Of a DNA stretch of 64,000 nt, positions 10,504-20,585 are shown piece by piece. Numbering within the stretch: position 1 is the stretch's first letter; each line of letters starts with the position of its first letter. This DNA is from Longimicrobiales bacterium. GTDB taxonomy: Bacteria > Gemmatimonadota > Gemmatimonadetes > Longimicrobiales > Gaopeijiaceae. The translations under genes were made by a program, and so were the position numbers. The stretch spans positions 480,001-544,000 of the forward strand of contig CAXXKM010000002.1 in assembly GCA_963664435.2 (NCBI GenBank), in the 5' to 3' direction. The notes under the pieces were generated by a model, which was not told the origin of the DNA, searched no databases, and was given only the letters and a program-made list of their open reading frames with translations.

Positions 10504-10878
10504 ATGAGCCAGCCAGCCATCGCCACCATGCAGACTCCCGACCGACGCACCGCCAGAGCCCTGAGTCATCTGAAGACGATCCGGGCCGGAGTGCGCTCCG
10601 ACCGATCGATCGCGGCTGTCCTCGGGGTCTCGCATTCCCAGGTGTCACGCTGGAAACGGGGCCAGCGTCCCGACCGGGACAACGCCGACCGCCTCGCCGC
10701 GCTGGCCCTGGTGGTCGAGATGCTGCTCCGGTGGCTGGACGCGGACATCATCGAGGAGTGGCTCACCGGGGCGAACGCCCACCTCGACGGGGCTACCCCG
10801 TCGTACTTCATCCAGCGAAGCCGACTCGCCGAGGTCGTCGGAGCGGTGGAAGCGATGAAGACCGGTGTCTTCGCCTGA
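10504..10878 (+). CDS. Xre/MbcA/ParS-type antitoxin
   Basis: HTH (IAAVLGVSHSQVSRW) plus EWLTGANAHLDGATP toxin-binding domain. Confidence 0.85.
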   Translation: MSQPAIATMQTPDRRTARALSHLKTIRAGVRSDRSIAAVLGVSHSQVSRWKRGQRPDRDNADRLAALALVVEMLLRWLDADIIEEWLTGANAHLDGATPSYFIQRSRLAEVVGAVEAMKTGVFA

Positions 10879-11440
10879 GCGCTCGTTCTGGCGCGTCTTT
10901 CCCTGGGATCCGGACGTAAACGAGGGAAACCTGTTCTCGCCGTCCTTCATCCCGCCGACCGCGGGTCGGGGGCGCTTCGATCTACCAGTGGCCTGTTCTC
11001 CCGTGCTCTACGTGGCCGAATCTCCGGAACACGCGATTGCGGAGGCCATTCAGCCATGGCGTAACCGGCCCCTGCGCCAACCTCACCTGGTTCGGGCCGG
11101 ACGTCCCCTGGCGCTGGTCGGGGTGCAATTGGCGGCCGAGACGGCGTCGGAACTGGCCGACCTCTGTCAGCCGGACGTGCTCGGCCGACTTGGGTTGAGC
11201 GCGGACCGGGTGGCCTCACGTCATCGGCGGCGGACCCAGGCGATCGCGGCGTCGGTGTGGGACAGTGGCCACGCCGGCCTGCGATGGTGGTCCAGCTTCT
11301 GGGGGGACTGGCACGGGATCGTTCTCTTCACGGCCCGAATGAAGGGGAGCGTGCACTTCGGGAGCCCAGAGGTGCTGTCGGCGGAGAACCCGGCGCTTCA
11401 GGAAGCGGCCGCCGCGCTCGGTATGCCGGTGGCGATCTGA
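10865..11440 (+). CDS. RES-domain toxin
   Basis: GRFD..VLYVAESPEHAIAE (R, E) and GLRWWS (S); overlaps the antitoxin gene; start uncertain. Confidence 0.85.
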   Translation: MSSPERSFWRVFPWDPDVNEGNLFSPSFIPPTAGRGRFDLPVACSPVLYVAESPEHAIAEAIQPWRNRPLRQPHLVRAGRPLALVGVQLAAETASELADLCQPDVLGRLGLSADRVASRHRRRTQAIAASVWDSGHAGLRWWSSFWGDWHGIVLFTARMKGSVHFGSPEVLSAENPALQEAAAALGMPVAI

Positions 11441-11477
11441 GGGTATCCGCGTCACCAGGGTCGACCATGGTCACCGC

Positions 11478-12149
11478 TCAACCCGCGCGCCAGCCGACCT
11501 CTGCAGCCCACGCATCCCGGGCGCTCGCGTAGGCTGCGTAATCGACCGGAGGCCGCTCTTCCTCGGCGGCCGCCCGGCCGCGGGCGTCCCTCACTTGTTC
11601 TTCCAGCGACGGCAGGCCGACGGCACGTCGGCGTCCGGCAAGCTTCTGCGGATCCTCCACCTCGCCCGGGCTCAGATTCCCGTCTGCATCCCAGTCAAGC
11701 TGGGTGCCGTAGCGCTGGGGGCGCCCCTCGAAGAATCGAATCCGGTCCTCCAGCATGGCGGCGTGTGCCGGATCCGCCTTCCCCTCCAGTGCGGCCGTCG
11801 TGAGAAGCGGCAGCGCTCGACGGAGCAGGTCCGGCTCCGAAATCGCGTGTTGGAGGATCAGCCAGGCGGCCTCGGCTCCGTCACAGCCGACCAGATCCGC
11901 CCCCGGCCATCCGACCGACTCGATGATGCGCCGAAGACGCTGGGCATTGCATTGGTGCACCCGAGCCATCCGAGGCTCATAGCCAGCGTTGAAGAGCGCG
12001 CCGGAAGCTGCGAGTTCGGCCCGCGTGGAGAGATCCAGCCGGGCCATGGTCAGGAGCGCGCGCCGCAGGGGCTCCGGCCGCCTCGACGCATTGGCCAGGA
12101 TCTCGCACAGGGGATCCCCGGGCTTGCGACCGCCTGCGCTATCGGTCAT
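11478..12149 (-). CDS. DUF6624-family protein
   Basis: GWPG..LVG..GAEAAWLILQHA, LEDRI..GRPQRYGTQ. Confidence 0.75.
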   Translation of the reverse strand: MTDSAGGRKPGDPLCEILANASRRPEPLRRALLTMARLDLSTRAELAASGALFNAGYEPRMARVHQCNAQRLRRIIESVGWPGADLVGCDGAEAAWLILQHAISEPDLLRRALPLLTTAALEGKADPAHAAMLEDRIRFFEGRPQRYGTQLDWDADGNLSPGEVEDPQKLAGRRRAVGLPSLEEQVRDARGRAAAEEERPPVDYAAYASARDAWAAEVGWRAG

Positions 12150-12228
12150 CCGTCCCACCGCGTAGCGTCGCGGCCCGCCGCGCGGCCGGATGCGAGCTCT
12201 GTCGGGAAAGCATCGATCGCACCGCCCC

Positions 12229-12912
12229 TTACGACTTGCGTCCCACAAGAACAGCGATGGGCCCCTCGCTCCAGGCGATCCCCGCCGTGAACTCCGCAGC
12301 CGCCATTGCCGCCAGCTCCAGCTCGATCGGCTGGTAGGTGTCTTCCTCCGCCCACTCCTCGAAGTGCTGGTAGGCCCGTTCCTCGGGGATGCCCCGGGAG
12401 ACCATGTGCGCGGCCCAGAATGCGTACCCGGCCTCCCGCCCCTCAGGGTCCGACGGCATCACGGCATCCGCGTTAACGAAGACGCCCCCGGGACGCAGAG
12501 ATGCGTGGATGCGCCGGTAGAGGGCGCCCTTGTCCTCCATTTCGGGAATGTGATGCAGGGCGAGCGAGGCGGCGACCGCGTCGCACGCCGGCAACGGATC
12601 CAGAAACGACCGCTCGCGGAAGCGCGCGCGGCTGCCGAAGCGCTCCAGCCGGGCCCGCGCCTGGTCGAGCATCTCCGCGTCCACGTCGACAAGTTCGATG
12701 GTGCCGATGGCCTCGTGCCGGAGAATCGCCGCGGAAAGAGCGCCCGTGCCGGCCCCGAGATCGAGGACCAGGCCGGGGCGCACGGACGCGACCGCGCGCG
12801 CGGCGGCATCCAGCATCGCCTCGTACCCCGGAATGAAGCGGCGAATGATGTCGTCATACGCATCGACTTCGACGCGCAGGTGACGACGAACGGAGTGCGA
12901 CATACGTGCCAT
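12229..12912 (-). CDS. Class I SAM-dependent methyltransferase
   Basis: VLDLGAGTG, SLALHHI, LRPGGVFVNAD. Confidence 0.9.
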   Translation of the reverse strand: MARMSHSVRRHLRVEVDAYDDIIRRFIPGYEAMLDAAARAVASVRPGLVLDLGAGTGALSAAILRHEAIGTIELVDVDAEMLDQARARLERFGSRARFRERSFLDPLPACDAVAASLALHHIPEMEDKGALYRRIHASLRPGGVFVNADAVMPSDPEGREAGYAFWAAHMVSRGIPEERAYQHFEEWAEEDTYQPIELELAAMAAAEFTAGIAWSEGPIAVLVGRKS

Positions 12913-13100
12913 TGTTTTCTTGCGCCACCGACTTCGTCAATGCCAACGTACCACGTTCCGCATCGGTTGCCTCCGGAGACGTCCTTCCGGAACAGCCCGT
13001 CCGGTCGACCGCCGTGCGATGGAACCGCTGCCAGGCCGGCGGAGGCGATGTCGGCGGGAGTCGGCAGGAGGCCGCGGCAGATTCTTCAAGTTGAGGCGAC

Positions 13101-13580
13101 ATGGCCGTCGTGAGCGCCGTTCCGTTCACCCTGAAACGCAGCTCCGACCTCTACACATCCGGCGGAGGATACGAATCCACCACCGAGACGGCCCAAGGGC
13201 TCGTGCGGCTGGAGGAGGACCGCCTGGTGATTCAGTGGCGTGTCGCCGTGCTGACGGAATCGATGGAAGGCAGCGGTTACGAGACACGCGAAGCGATCGA
13301 GCCCGTGAAGGAGATCGTGATCCCGCTTTCCAAGGTGGCGGGCGCGTCCGTGCCGGAGCGGAAATGGTGGAGGCTGCGCGGTCCGAAGCTCACCATCACC
13401 GCTTCGGACCTCCTTGCCTTCGAGAAGATCGCCGGACCCCAGGGGCTCAAGCTCAAGCATCCCTCGAAGCTCGTACTGAGGATCAAGCGGGCCGACCGGC
13501 TGATCGCGCAGGAGTTTGCCGCCGAGTTGGCGCTTACGCTGACCCGGTTGTCGTTGCCATTGAGACACCCGCAAGGCTAG
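13101..13580 (+). CDS. Hypothetical protein
   Basis: GAGG RBS; protein-like 159 aa composition. Confidence 0.6.
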   Translation: MAVVSAVPFTLKRSSDLYTSGGGYESTTETAQGLVRLEEDRLVIQWRVAVLTESMEGSGYETREAIEPVKEIVIPLSKVAGASVPERKWWRLRGPKLTITASDLLAFEKIAGPQGLKLKHPSKLVLRIKRADRLIAQEFAAELALTLTRLSLPLRHPQG

Positions 13581-13648
13581 AGTTTGCCGCGCCGAACGAT
13601 ACCCTGGCGCTACAAACCCGAAGCGAAGAAGACGGGAGGGATGAGACC

Positions 13649-14485
13649 ATGACGGTGGACATCAACGAAGTCGGCACGACCGCGTTCGTGATCGCCTGCT
13701 TCCGGGCGATGGAGAAGGAGAGGGCGCGGCCGCTTTTCGAGGATCCGTACGCCGAGTGGTTCGTTACGGACCAGGCGATGGGGATGGCTCGCCAGTTGGC
13801 CGGGGCGGTGCCCGAGTCGACCCACATGCTCCGCTTCCGCACGCGCTTCTTCAACCGCTTCGTGGAGCGGGGGATCGCCGAGGGCGCGCGCCAGGTCGTT
13901 TCGCTGGGGTCCGGCCTGGACATGCGCGCCCAGATCTTCGCGGCGCCGGGGGTGACCCACTACGAGGTGGACCAGGAGGCAGTGGTCCGCTACAAGGACG
14001 AGGTCCTGCGCGGACACGGCATTACGCCCTGTCCCGCGCTCCCCTTCAACTACCTGGAAGTCGACCTCCCGGAGAAGCTGGCGGAAGCCGGCTTCGATCT
14101 GGACGCCCCGACGGTGATCGTGTGGGAAGGCAACACCATGTATCTGCCCACCGAGACCATCTTCCCCTTCCTGAACAGCCTGTGCGCCCGGATGTCGTCG
14201 TTCCGCATCGCCTTCGACTACTTCGCCGCCGACCTGCAGGAGCGGGTTTTCGAGAGGGAAAAGGATCTCGAACGCATCGAGGCGGTGGAGCGCGCCATGG
14301 GGGCGTCGTTTCCGACCGGGTTCGAAGACCTGGCGGTGTTCGAGGCGGAGACGCCGCTGAAGGTGCTGGAGTCCGGACCCATCGGAGAGCTGGGCGAAGC
14401 GTACGGCACCGACGACATCGCGGAGAACATGGCGGCGGACGAGGGGCTGAGCGTCTATCAATACGGCGTGCTGGGGACGCGGTAA
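13649..14485 (+). CDS. SAM-dependent methyltransferase (LCM/YktD-like)
   Basis: VGTTAF, LFEDPYA, QVVSLGSGLDMR, YEVDQ, WEGNTMYL. Confidence 0.85.
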   Translation: MTVDINEVGTTAFVIACFRAMEKERARPLFEDPYAEWFVTDQAMGMARQLAGAVPESTHMLRFRTRFFNRFVERGIAEGARQVVSLGSGLDMRAQIFAAPGVTHYEVDQEAVVRYKDEVLRGHGITPCPALPFNYLEVDLPEKLAEAGFDLDAPTVIVWEGNTMYLPTETIFPFLNSLCARMSSFRIAFDYFAADLQERVFEREKDLERIEAVERAMGASFPTGFEDLAVFEAETPLKVLESGPIGELGEAYGTDDIAENMAADEGLSVYQYGVLGTR

Positions 14486-14487
14486 CG

Positions 14488-15039
14488 ATGCCAACCAGAT
14501 CCCCCAACCCCGAGCTTCGCTATCCCATCGGCCGGTACGCTCCTCCGGCCGAAATCACGGAGCACCAGGTAGAGACCTGGATCGACGAGATTGCGGCGCT
14601 GCCCGCGGATCTGAGGGCGACGGTCGGGCCCCTGACGGACCAGCAGCTGGACACGCCGTACCGTCCGGACGGCTGGACCGTGCGCCAGGTCGTCCACCAC
14701 CTGTTCGACAGCCACCTGAACAGCTACGTGCGCTTCAAGTGGACCCTGACCGAGGACCGGCCGACCATCAAGGCCTACGACGAGAAGGCCTGGGCGGAAC
14801 TGCCGGACGCCAGCGGCCCGGTCGGCCCCTCGCTCGACGCCCTGGAGGCCCTTCACGCCCGCTGGGAGGAGCTCCTGCGCCGGCTGACCTGGCCGCAGTT
14901 CCAGCTCGAGTTCGTGCACCCGAAGGCCGGCGCGATCCCGCTGGCCCGGAACGTCGGCCTCTACGCGTGGCACGGCCGGCACCACCTGGCGCACATCGAA
15001 CGGCTGATGGAGCGGGAGGGATGGATGCAGGCCGAATAG
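14488..15039 (+). CDS. YfiT/DinB-family metal-dependent thiol transferase
   Basis: LRYPIG, TPYRPDGWTVRQVVHHL, YAWHGRHH. Confidence 0.9.
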   Translation: MPTRSPNPELRYPIGRYAPPAEITEHQVETWIDEIAALPADLRATVGPLTDQQLDTPYRPDGWTVRQVVHHLFDSHLNSYVRFKWTLTEDRPTIKAYDEKAWAELPDASGPVGPSLDALEALHARWEELLRRLTWPQFQLEFVHPKAGAIPLARNVGLYAWHGRHHLAHIERLMEREGWMQAE

Positions 15040-15088
15040 CGCGGATGCATCGCTGACTCGTCTGCCGAAGGAGTTCGTCCGCCGGCTG

Positions 15089-17677
15089 TCAGACCGTATG
15101 GCGGGCCCTGATCGCCCTTGCCCGGCACCGAGCCTTCGCCTCCTCGATCACATCGTGCCAGCTGTCGAGGGCCGGATCGCTGGCCAGTGAATCCAGAGCC
15201 CGGCCGGCGCCGGGATCAGCGCGTTCGGCGAGGATCACCAGCCAGCGCTTGATGAGGCCGTCCGTCCGGAGGCTGAACGTCGAAGAGCGGAGCCTGGACC
15301 TGTGGCCGCTGAGGCCGCCCCACCAAGGGTCGTACCAGGACCCCAGCGCCCTGACCAGTGCCGCGATATCCGCCGTATCCCATTCGACCCAGGGCTCCGG
15401 GATGGCGGGCTCCTTGAGCCACCCGGGCACGAGAAACCTGAGAATGTGGCGCGCCCTCGGCTCCCGTCCCTTCTCGACAAAGCTCACGGCCGCCGGCGTG
15501 AACTGTCGGGCCGAGGCAATCAATCCGGCGCCCAGCCAAACCGCGCGCTGAGCCACGTCCATGCCCCGGGCGGCGACCCGGCGGCGGATTCGCCCGGCGA
15601 ACTCATCGCGCGGGACATGCACGAGGGCGGCCCACAGCAGAGCGTGAAGGGCCGAGACCTGGGTCCGTGAACAGCGCGTGGGGAAGACACCGAGCAACCG
15701 GGGCACTCCGCGCCGCGCCATCTTGGCGTAGATGGAATCTCCGGCGAGCGCGAAGAGATGGTTGTTGTGGTCCTTTCGGCGCCGGATGAGCGACCTGTGC
15801 ACCGCCACCAGCGCCCCCGCACAGGGCTCGGGGTGCGACCGGACGGCCCGCCGATACCACGCGGGCTTCGCCACGTAGGGCGTGATGTAGTAGCAGCCCA
15901 CGGCCCTGGCGACCGCGTCCGCATCGAGCCCGTCCAGCGCATCCCCGCCGAGCCGACCGATCTCACCCATGCCGGCCAGGATCTGGTACGCGAAGCGCGG
16001 CACCGTGTCGTTGAAGGGCGGCGCTTTCGCGTACTCTTCCTCCCGCCGGACGACGTCGTCGAGCGAAGGGAGATCGTCCCTCCGCACGAGGCGGGGAAGA
16101 CCGGCGAGCACCGACGTCAGGAGACCATCGTCATCGCCCAGCCGAATGCGCAGACGCTCGATCGGGTCGCCCTGGTAGTGCTCCGGCATCGCGCCCATGT
16201 ACGCGCGCCCCATCATATGCCAGAGCCATGGCGACCCCCGGCCCCGGGCCATCGCGTCCTCGTGCTCGCGGACGCCCGCCATGAGCCTGATTCGTTCGTC
16301 GCGCAGGATGGGGTCCTCGGCTTCTTCCAGCCCGGGCACAATCGGGTCTCCATACCCCGGGAACGATCCCGAGGGTGCTCCGTATCCCGGAGATGGCTCG
16401 CGGACCGAACGGCTCTCTCCCGTTCCATCGGTCGCTGAGGGCACCGGGTTGTCGGCCCAGTAGCGCGCCGGGTGGGAGAGAAACTCTTGCAGCGGCACCC
16501 CACGCTCCCCCACCACGAGCGTGCGGGCGCCAGGGAACCGCTTCTCGAACTGCGCCAGCCCGCGGAGACGCCCCAGTCGCGGTCCGCTCTTGACTTCGAT
16601 GCCGAGGAGGTTGGGGCCCCGGGAGAGCACGAAGTCGACTTCATGCGCCCCCTCGCGCCAGCTGGACAACTCGACGGCGTGCCCGGCCGTGTTGTGGAGG
16701 TGCGCGCCCACTCCGCTCTCGACAAGCCGCCCCCAGAAGGTGCGGTCGGCGCGTGCCTCCTCGAAGGTGTAGGTGAGCGGCGCCGTCATCAGCGCAGTAT
16801 TGAGAACGTTCAGCTTCGGGCTCGAAGCCCTGCCCAGGTATGGCTTGGTGGAGTACCCGGGCAGACCGGTGACCAGGCCGCCGTCCGACAGCAGATCGAG
16901 GTAGGTCGCCAGCGTGGTCGTGTTCCCGGCCTCCTGCAGCTGGCCCAGCATCTTGTTGTACGAAAGCATCTGGCCGGAATACCGGGCGGCAAGTTCCATC
17001 AGGCGGCGCATGAGCGGCGGCTTGTCCACCCGGGTCAGGGCGACGATGTCCCGTTCGATGCTCGGCGTGATGATCGTCTCGAGAACTGCCTCTCGCCAGA
17101 CTTCCAGGTTGCTGGCCACGGATGCTGTGCCGGGGTAGCCGCCGAAGAACAGGTACTCGTCGACACTGAAACCAAACGCCGCCGACATCTCGGAAAAAGA
17201 CCAGTGGCGGGAACGGACAGGCATGAAGCGGCCCGCGAGACTCTCGTGCAGGCCGGTCAGCATGGACCAGGGTGCGGATCCCGACACGATCACGCGAAGA
17301 GGGCATCCGGTACGCCGATCCCGGTCCCACTGGGTCTTTACAATCGTCGACCAGCCCTTGACGTACTGGATTTCGTCAAGGGCAAGGACAAGGCCCCGCG
17401 CGCTTTGTTCGGCGTCTCGGCGAGCCTCCTTCCAGGTGTCCAGGAGCCATGCGGTCCGCAACGAGTCGCCCTCTTCGTTCGTCTGGTATGCATGTTCCGC
17501 GAGGCTCTCATCGACCGGGTAGTAGCGGCTCGGGATATCCACGCGCCGGAGCGCCTGCCGGATCATCGTGGTCTTGCCCGTTTGACGTGGTCCCGTGAGC
17601 GCAACGATCCGCGGAGGATAGGGTCCGGTCAGGAAGTGGACGAGTTGGTCCAGCTGGGGGCGTTGGAAAGAGTGCAT
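15089..17677 (-). CDS. AAA_14/DUF4143 ATPase fused to a long helical C-terminal region
   Basis: GPRQTGKT, LDEIQ, SGS..ESLAGR, EVDFV..IEVKS, followed by about 430 extra aa. Start ATG 17677 chosen from promoter spacing. Confidence 0.85.
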   Translation of the reverse strand: MHSFQRPQLDQLVHFLTGPYPPRIVALTGPRQTGKTTMIRQALRRVDIPSRYYPVDESLAEHAYQTNEEGDSLRTAWLLDTWKEARRDAEQSARGLVLALDEIQYVKGWSTIVKTQWDRDRRTGCPLRVIVSGSAPWSMLTGLHESLAGRFMPVRSRHWSFSEMSAAFGFSVDEYLFFGGYPGTASVASNLEVWREAVLETIITPSIERDIVALTRVDKPPLMRRLMELAARYSGQMLSYNKMLGQLQEAGNTTTLATYLDLLSDGGLVTGLPGYSTKPYLGRASSPKLNVLNTALMTAPLTYTFEEARADRTFWGRLVESGVGAHLHNTAGHAVELSSWREGAHEVDFVLSRGPNLLGIEVKSGPRLGRLRGLAQFEKRFPGARTLVVGERGVPLQEFLSHPARYWADNPVPSATDGTGESRSVREPSPGYGAPSGSFPGYGDPIVPGLEEAEDPILRDERIRLMAGVREHEDAMARGRGSPWLWHMMGRAYMGAMPEHYQGDPIERLRIRLGDDDGLLTSVLAGLPRLVRRDDLPSLDDVVRREEEYAKAPPFNDTVPRFAYQILAGMGEIGRLGGDALDGLDADAVARAVGCYYITPYVAKPAWYRRAVRSHPEPCAGALVAVHRSLIRRRKDHNNHLFALAGDSIYAKMARRGVPRLLGVFPTRCSRTQVSALHALLWAALVHVPRDEFAGRIRRRVAARGMDVAQRAVWLGAGLIASARQFTPAAVSFVEKGREPRARHILRFLVPGWLKEPAIPEPWVEWDTADIAALVRALGSWYDPWWGGLSGHRSRLRSSTFSLRTDGLIKRWLVILAERADPGAGRALDSLASDPALDSWHDVIEEAKARCRARAIRARHTV

Positions 17678-17681
17678 GGAG

Positions 17682-17725
17682 GTAATGTAATCACTCATGT
17701 GATGATGCTCAACCACTTACATTAC
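17682..17725 (-). promoter_or_regulatory. Promoter with inverted-repeat operator
   Basis: Minus-strand TTGAGC-N17-TACATT 6 nt before ATG; inverted repeat GTAATGTAA (17682-17690) / TTACATTAC (17717-17725). Confidence 0.5.
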
Positions 17726-17757
17726 GCAACTTGGCCAGCCAGCGGAAGCTAGGAGAC

Positions 17758-17786
17758 TTGATAGGTCAGAGTACCATGACTACATT
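17758..17786 (+). promoter_or_regulatory. Promoter of the Phd-VapC pair (leaderless)
   Basis: TTGATA-N17-TACATT, 6 nt before GTG 17793; GTCA-N8-TGAC palindrome in the spacer. Confidence 0.55.
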
Positions 17787-17792
17787 GGTGTT

Positions 17793-18071
17793 GTGACTAC
17801 CGTGTCGATTTCAGAGCTGAAGGCGAACCTGTCGCGCTACGTGCGTCGAGTCCGTCGCGGAGGCGAGGTCCAGGTCCTCGATCGCGGCAAGCCGGTGGCC
17901 AGGCTCGTCCCCGCGATCGCGGATGGCGAGGAAGCGCGCGAGCGCCTGATCGCGCAGGGCTTGGTGCGGCCCGGGCAGGATGGGGCGGCTTCGATTCTCG
18001 ACGAGCCACCGCTGACGCTCCCCGCGAGCATCTCGGAAGCGCTGGCCGAAGACCGGGACGATCGATTGTGA
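17793..18071 (+). CDS. Phd/YefM-family antitoxin
   Basis: VSISELKANLSRY..GGEV..RGKPVARL. Confidence 0.9.
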   Translation: MTTVSISELKANLSRYVRRVRRGGEVQVLDRGKPVARLVPAIADGEEARERLIAQGLVRPGQDGAASILDEPPLTLPASISEALAEDRDDRL

Positions 18072-18490
18072 GGTACTGGGACGCTTCCGCACTGGTCCCG
18101 CTGGTGGTCACCGAACGCGACAGCAACTGGGCGCGGAAAAGACTGGCCGAGGACGACCGGATCGTCACCTGGGCCTGGACGCGTACGGAAATCGTGAGCG
18201 CGATCGAGCGGCGGGCCCGCGAGGGGTCGTTAACCCGGATGCAGCGCCGGGACGTGCTTGGCCGCTTCGACACCTTCGCCAGCCACTGGGACGAGGTTAC
18301 CGATGTGCTCGCAGTCCGGTCGCGAGCGCTCCTGCTGCTCGCTCGCCACCCCCTGCGCACGGCCGATGCCGGCCAGCTTGGCGCGGCCCTGCTTGTGCAG
18401 GAGCAACTGGCCCAACCGCTGACGTTCGTGTGCCTGGACCAGCGGCTGTCGCTGGCGGCCGAACGGGAGAGCCTGCGGGTAACTCCTTAG
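18068..18490 (+). CDS. vapC: VapC PIN-domain toxin
   Basis: YWDASAL, TEIVSA, LRTADA, CLDQRL; GTGA overlap with the antitoxin. Confidence 0.9.
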   Translation: MRYWDASALVPLVVTERDSNWARKRLAEDDRIVTWAWTRTEIVSAIERRAREGSLTRMQRRDVLGRFDTFASHWDEVTDVLAVRSRALLLLARHPLRTADAGQLGAALLVQEQLAQPLTFVCLDQRLSLAAERESLRVTP

Positions 18491-18657
18491 AAATTTGACG
18501 CGCGGTACTGGTAGGTATTCCGCCCCATTGCCGCTCTTTCCGGCATCGCAGCAGGAATCTTGCATTGCCTCACCCCCCCCTTGCTCCAATTGATGAAGAC
18601 GGCCATTGGCAATGTCACGTTTTTCGGCCCGCTCCTCTCGGCCATGCTCCACTTCCG

Positions 18658-20585
18658 GCTTCAATGAGGCCCAAGCTGATTCGCCCGGGAAATCCGTGCC
18701 GGGCGGCATCCACAGAGGCGTTTCGCACCAGCTTCAATGAGGCCCGGGCTGATTCGCCCGGGAAATAAGTCCGGGGTGCCCCGGGGCGGGCGGTACTCCT
18801 TGATGCTTCAATGAGGCCCGGGCTGATTCGCCCGGGAAATCGCCTGCGCTATCGTACACGCCGACTTCCTCGTTGTCGCTTCAATGAGGCCCGGGCTGAT
18901 TCGCCCGGGAAATGCAGACGGCTATGCCTACTGGTCGGAGACCTGGGAGCTTCAATGAGGCCCGGGCTGATTCGCCCGGGAAATAAGTCCGGGGTGCCCC
19001 GGGGCGGGCGGTACTCCTTGATGCTTCAATGAGGCCCGGGCTGATTCGCCCGGGAAATGATGTCGGACTCGACGGAGCGCGCCCTGCGCAGCCTGCTTCA
19101 ATGAGGCCCGGGCTGATTCGCCCGGGAAATGCTGCATCACGGCGAGATCCAGACGCTGCTCCAGCGCGCTTCAATGAGGCCCGGGCTGATTCGCCCGGGA
19201 AATGTTGACGCTGCCTGCCGACACGCCCGTGATCGTTATGCTTCAATGAGGCCCGGGCTGATTCGCCCGGGAAATCCTGGTAGCCGTGGTCCATCTTGAG
19301 GGCGATCGCCGCGCTTCAATGAGGCCCGGGCTGATTCGCCCGGGAAATGCAACCCGCGCGCCTACTTCTGGTTCCGGGGCCAGACGCTTCAATGAGGCCC
19401 GGGCTGATTCGCCCGGGAAATATGTCCTGGACCGGCTGGCCTCACAGTGCACCGTGGGGCTTCAATGAGGCCCGGGCTGATTCGCCCGGGAAATCCCTAC
19501 GTGGTGGCCGGTCAGGCAGAGGCCTTGGCGCTTCAATGAGGCCCGGGCTGATTCGCCCGGGAAATTTTCGCCGAATGGAACGGGCGGTCCTACATCCGCC
19601 AGCTTCAATGAGGCCCGGGCTGATTCGCCCGGGAAATTCCGCGCAGCTCGACATGGGCACCAACGGCATCGACGCGCTTCAATGAGGCCCGGGCTGATTC
19701 GCCCGGGAAATATGGCCTGGACCGGCTGGCCTCACAGTGCACCGTGGGGCTTCAATGAGGCCCGGGCTGATTCGCCCGGGAAATATGGCCGACCGCGTGC
19801 GCCCCGGTGTTGCCGTCGGAGCTTCAATGAGGCCCGGGCTGATTCGCCCGGGAAATTGCTGGCCCTGCCCACACTTCTCACCCCTATGCCCGTGCTTCAA
19901 TGAGGCCCGGGCTGATTCGCCCGGGAAATCGTGGATCTCGCGGTCCAGCCGGATGGACTCGGTCTCGCTTCAATGAGGCCCGGGCTGATTCGCCCGGGAA
20001 ATCGTGGATCTCGCGGTCCAGCCGGATGGACTCGGTCTCGCTTCAATGAGGCCCGGGCTGATTCGCCCGGGAAATTCGATCGGCAACGTGCACATCGCGC
20101 CGGACCTCACCGCTTCAATGAGGCCCGGGCTGATTCGCCCGGGAAATCAGTGACGCCGACTTCGTGGGCCAGTTGTTGGTCAAAGCTTCAATGAGGCCCG
20201 GGCTGATTCGCCCGGGAAATGTCCCTGCCTTGATGCAGGGCTCCACGAGCTTCGGCGGGCTTCAATGAGGCCCGGGCTGATTCGCCCGGGAAATCCGCAC
20301 ACTTGGGACACGGCGTTCGGCAGTTCGGCCTGCTTCAATGAGGCCCGGGCTGATTCGCCCGGGAAATCCGCGCGCCTCGTCCGTCGGACGAATTGAACGC
20401 CCTGCTTCAATGAGGCCCGGGCTGATTCGCCCGGGAAATCCTGACCGTCGGCGGCTGGCTGGATCTCCGCCACTCGCTTCAATGAGGCCCGGGCTGATTC
20501 GCCCGGGAAATCCGGCACCGGCGATGACCGAAACCAGGGAACTCGACCGGCTTCAATGAGGCCCGGGCTGATTCGCCCGGGAAAT
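18658..20585 (-). CRISPR. Type I-G CRISPR array, 27 repeats and 26 spacers (35-38 nt)
   Basis: 36-bp repeat ATTTCCCGGGCGAATCAGCCCGGGCCTCATTGAAGC (minus strand). The leftmost copy is degenerate (CCAAG on plus), so the leader lies on the cas2 side. Confidence 0.98.

Noticed and set aside
18658..20585. Self-targeting array spacers within the window
   Set aside because: No full match noticed by eye; this needs a computed search.
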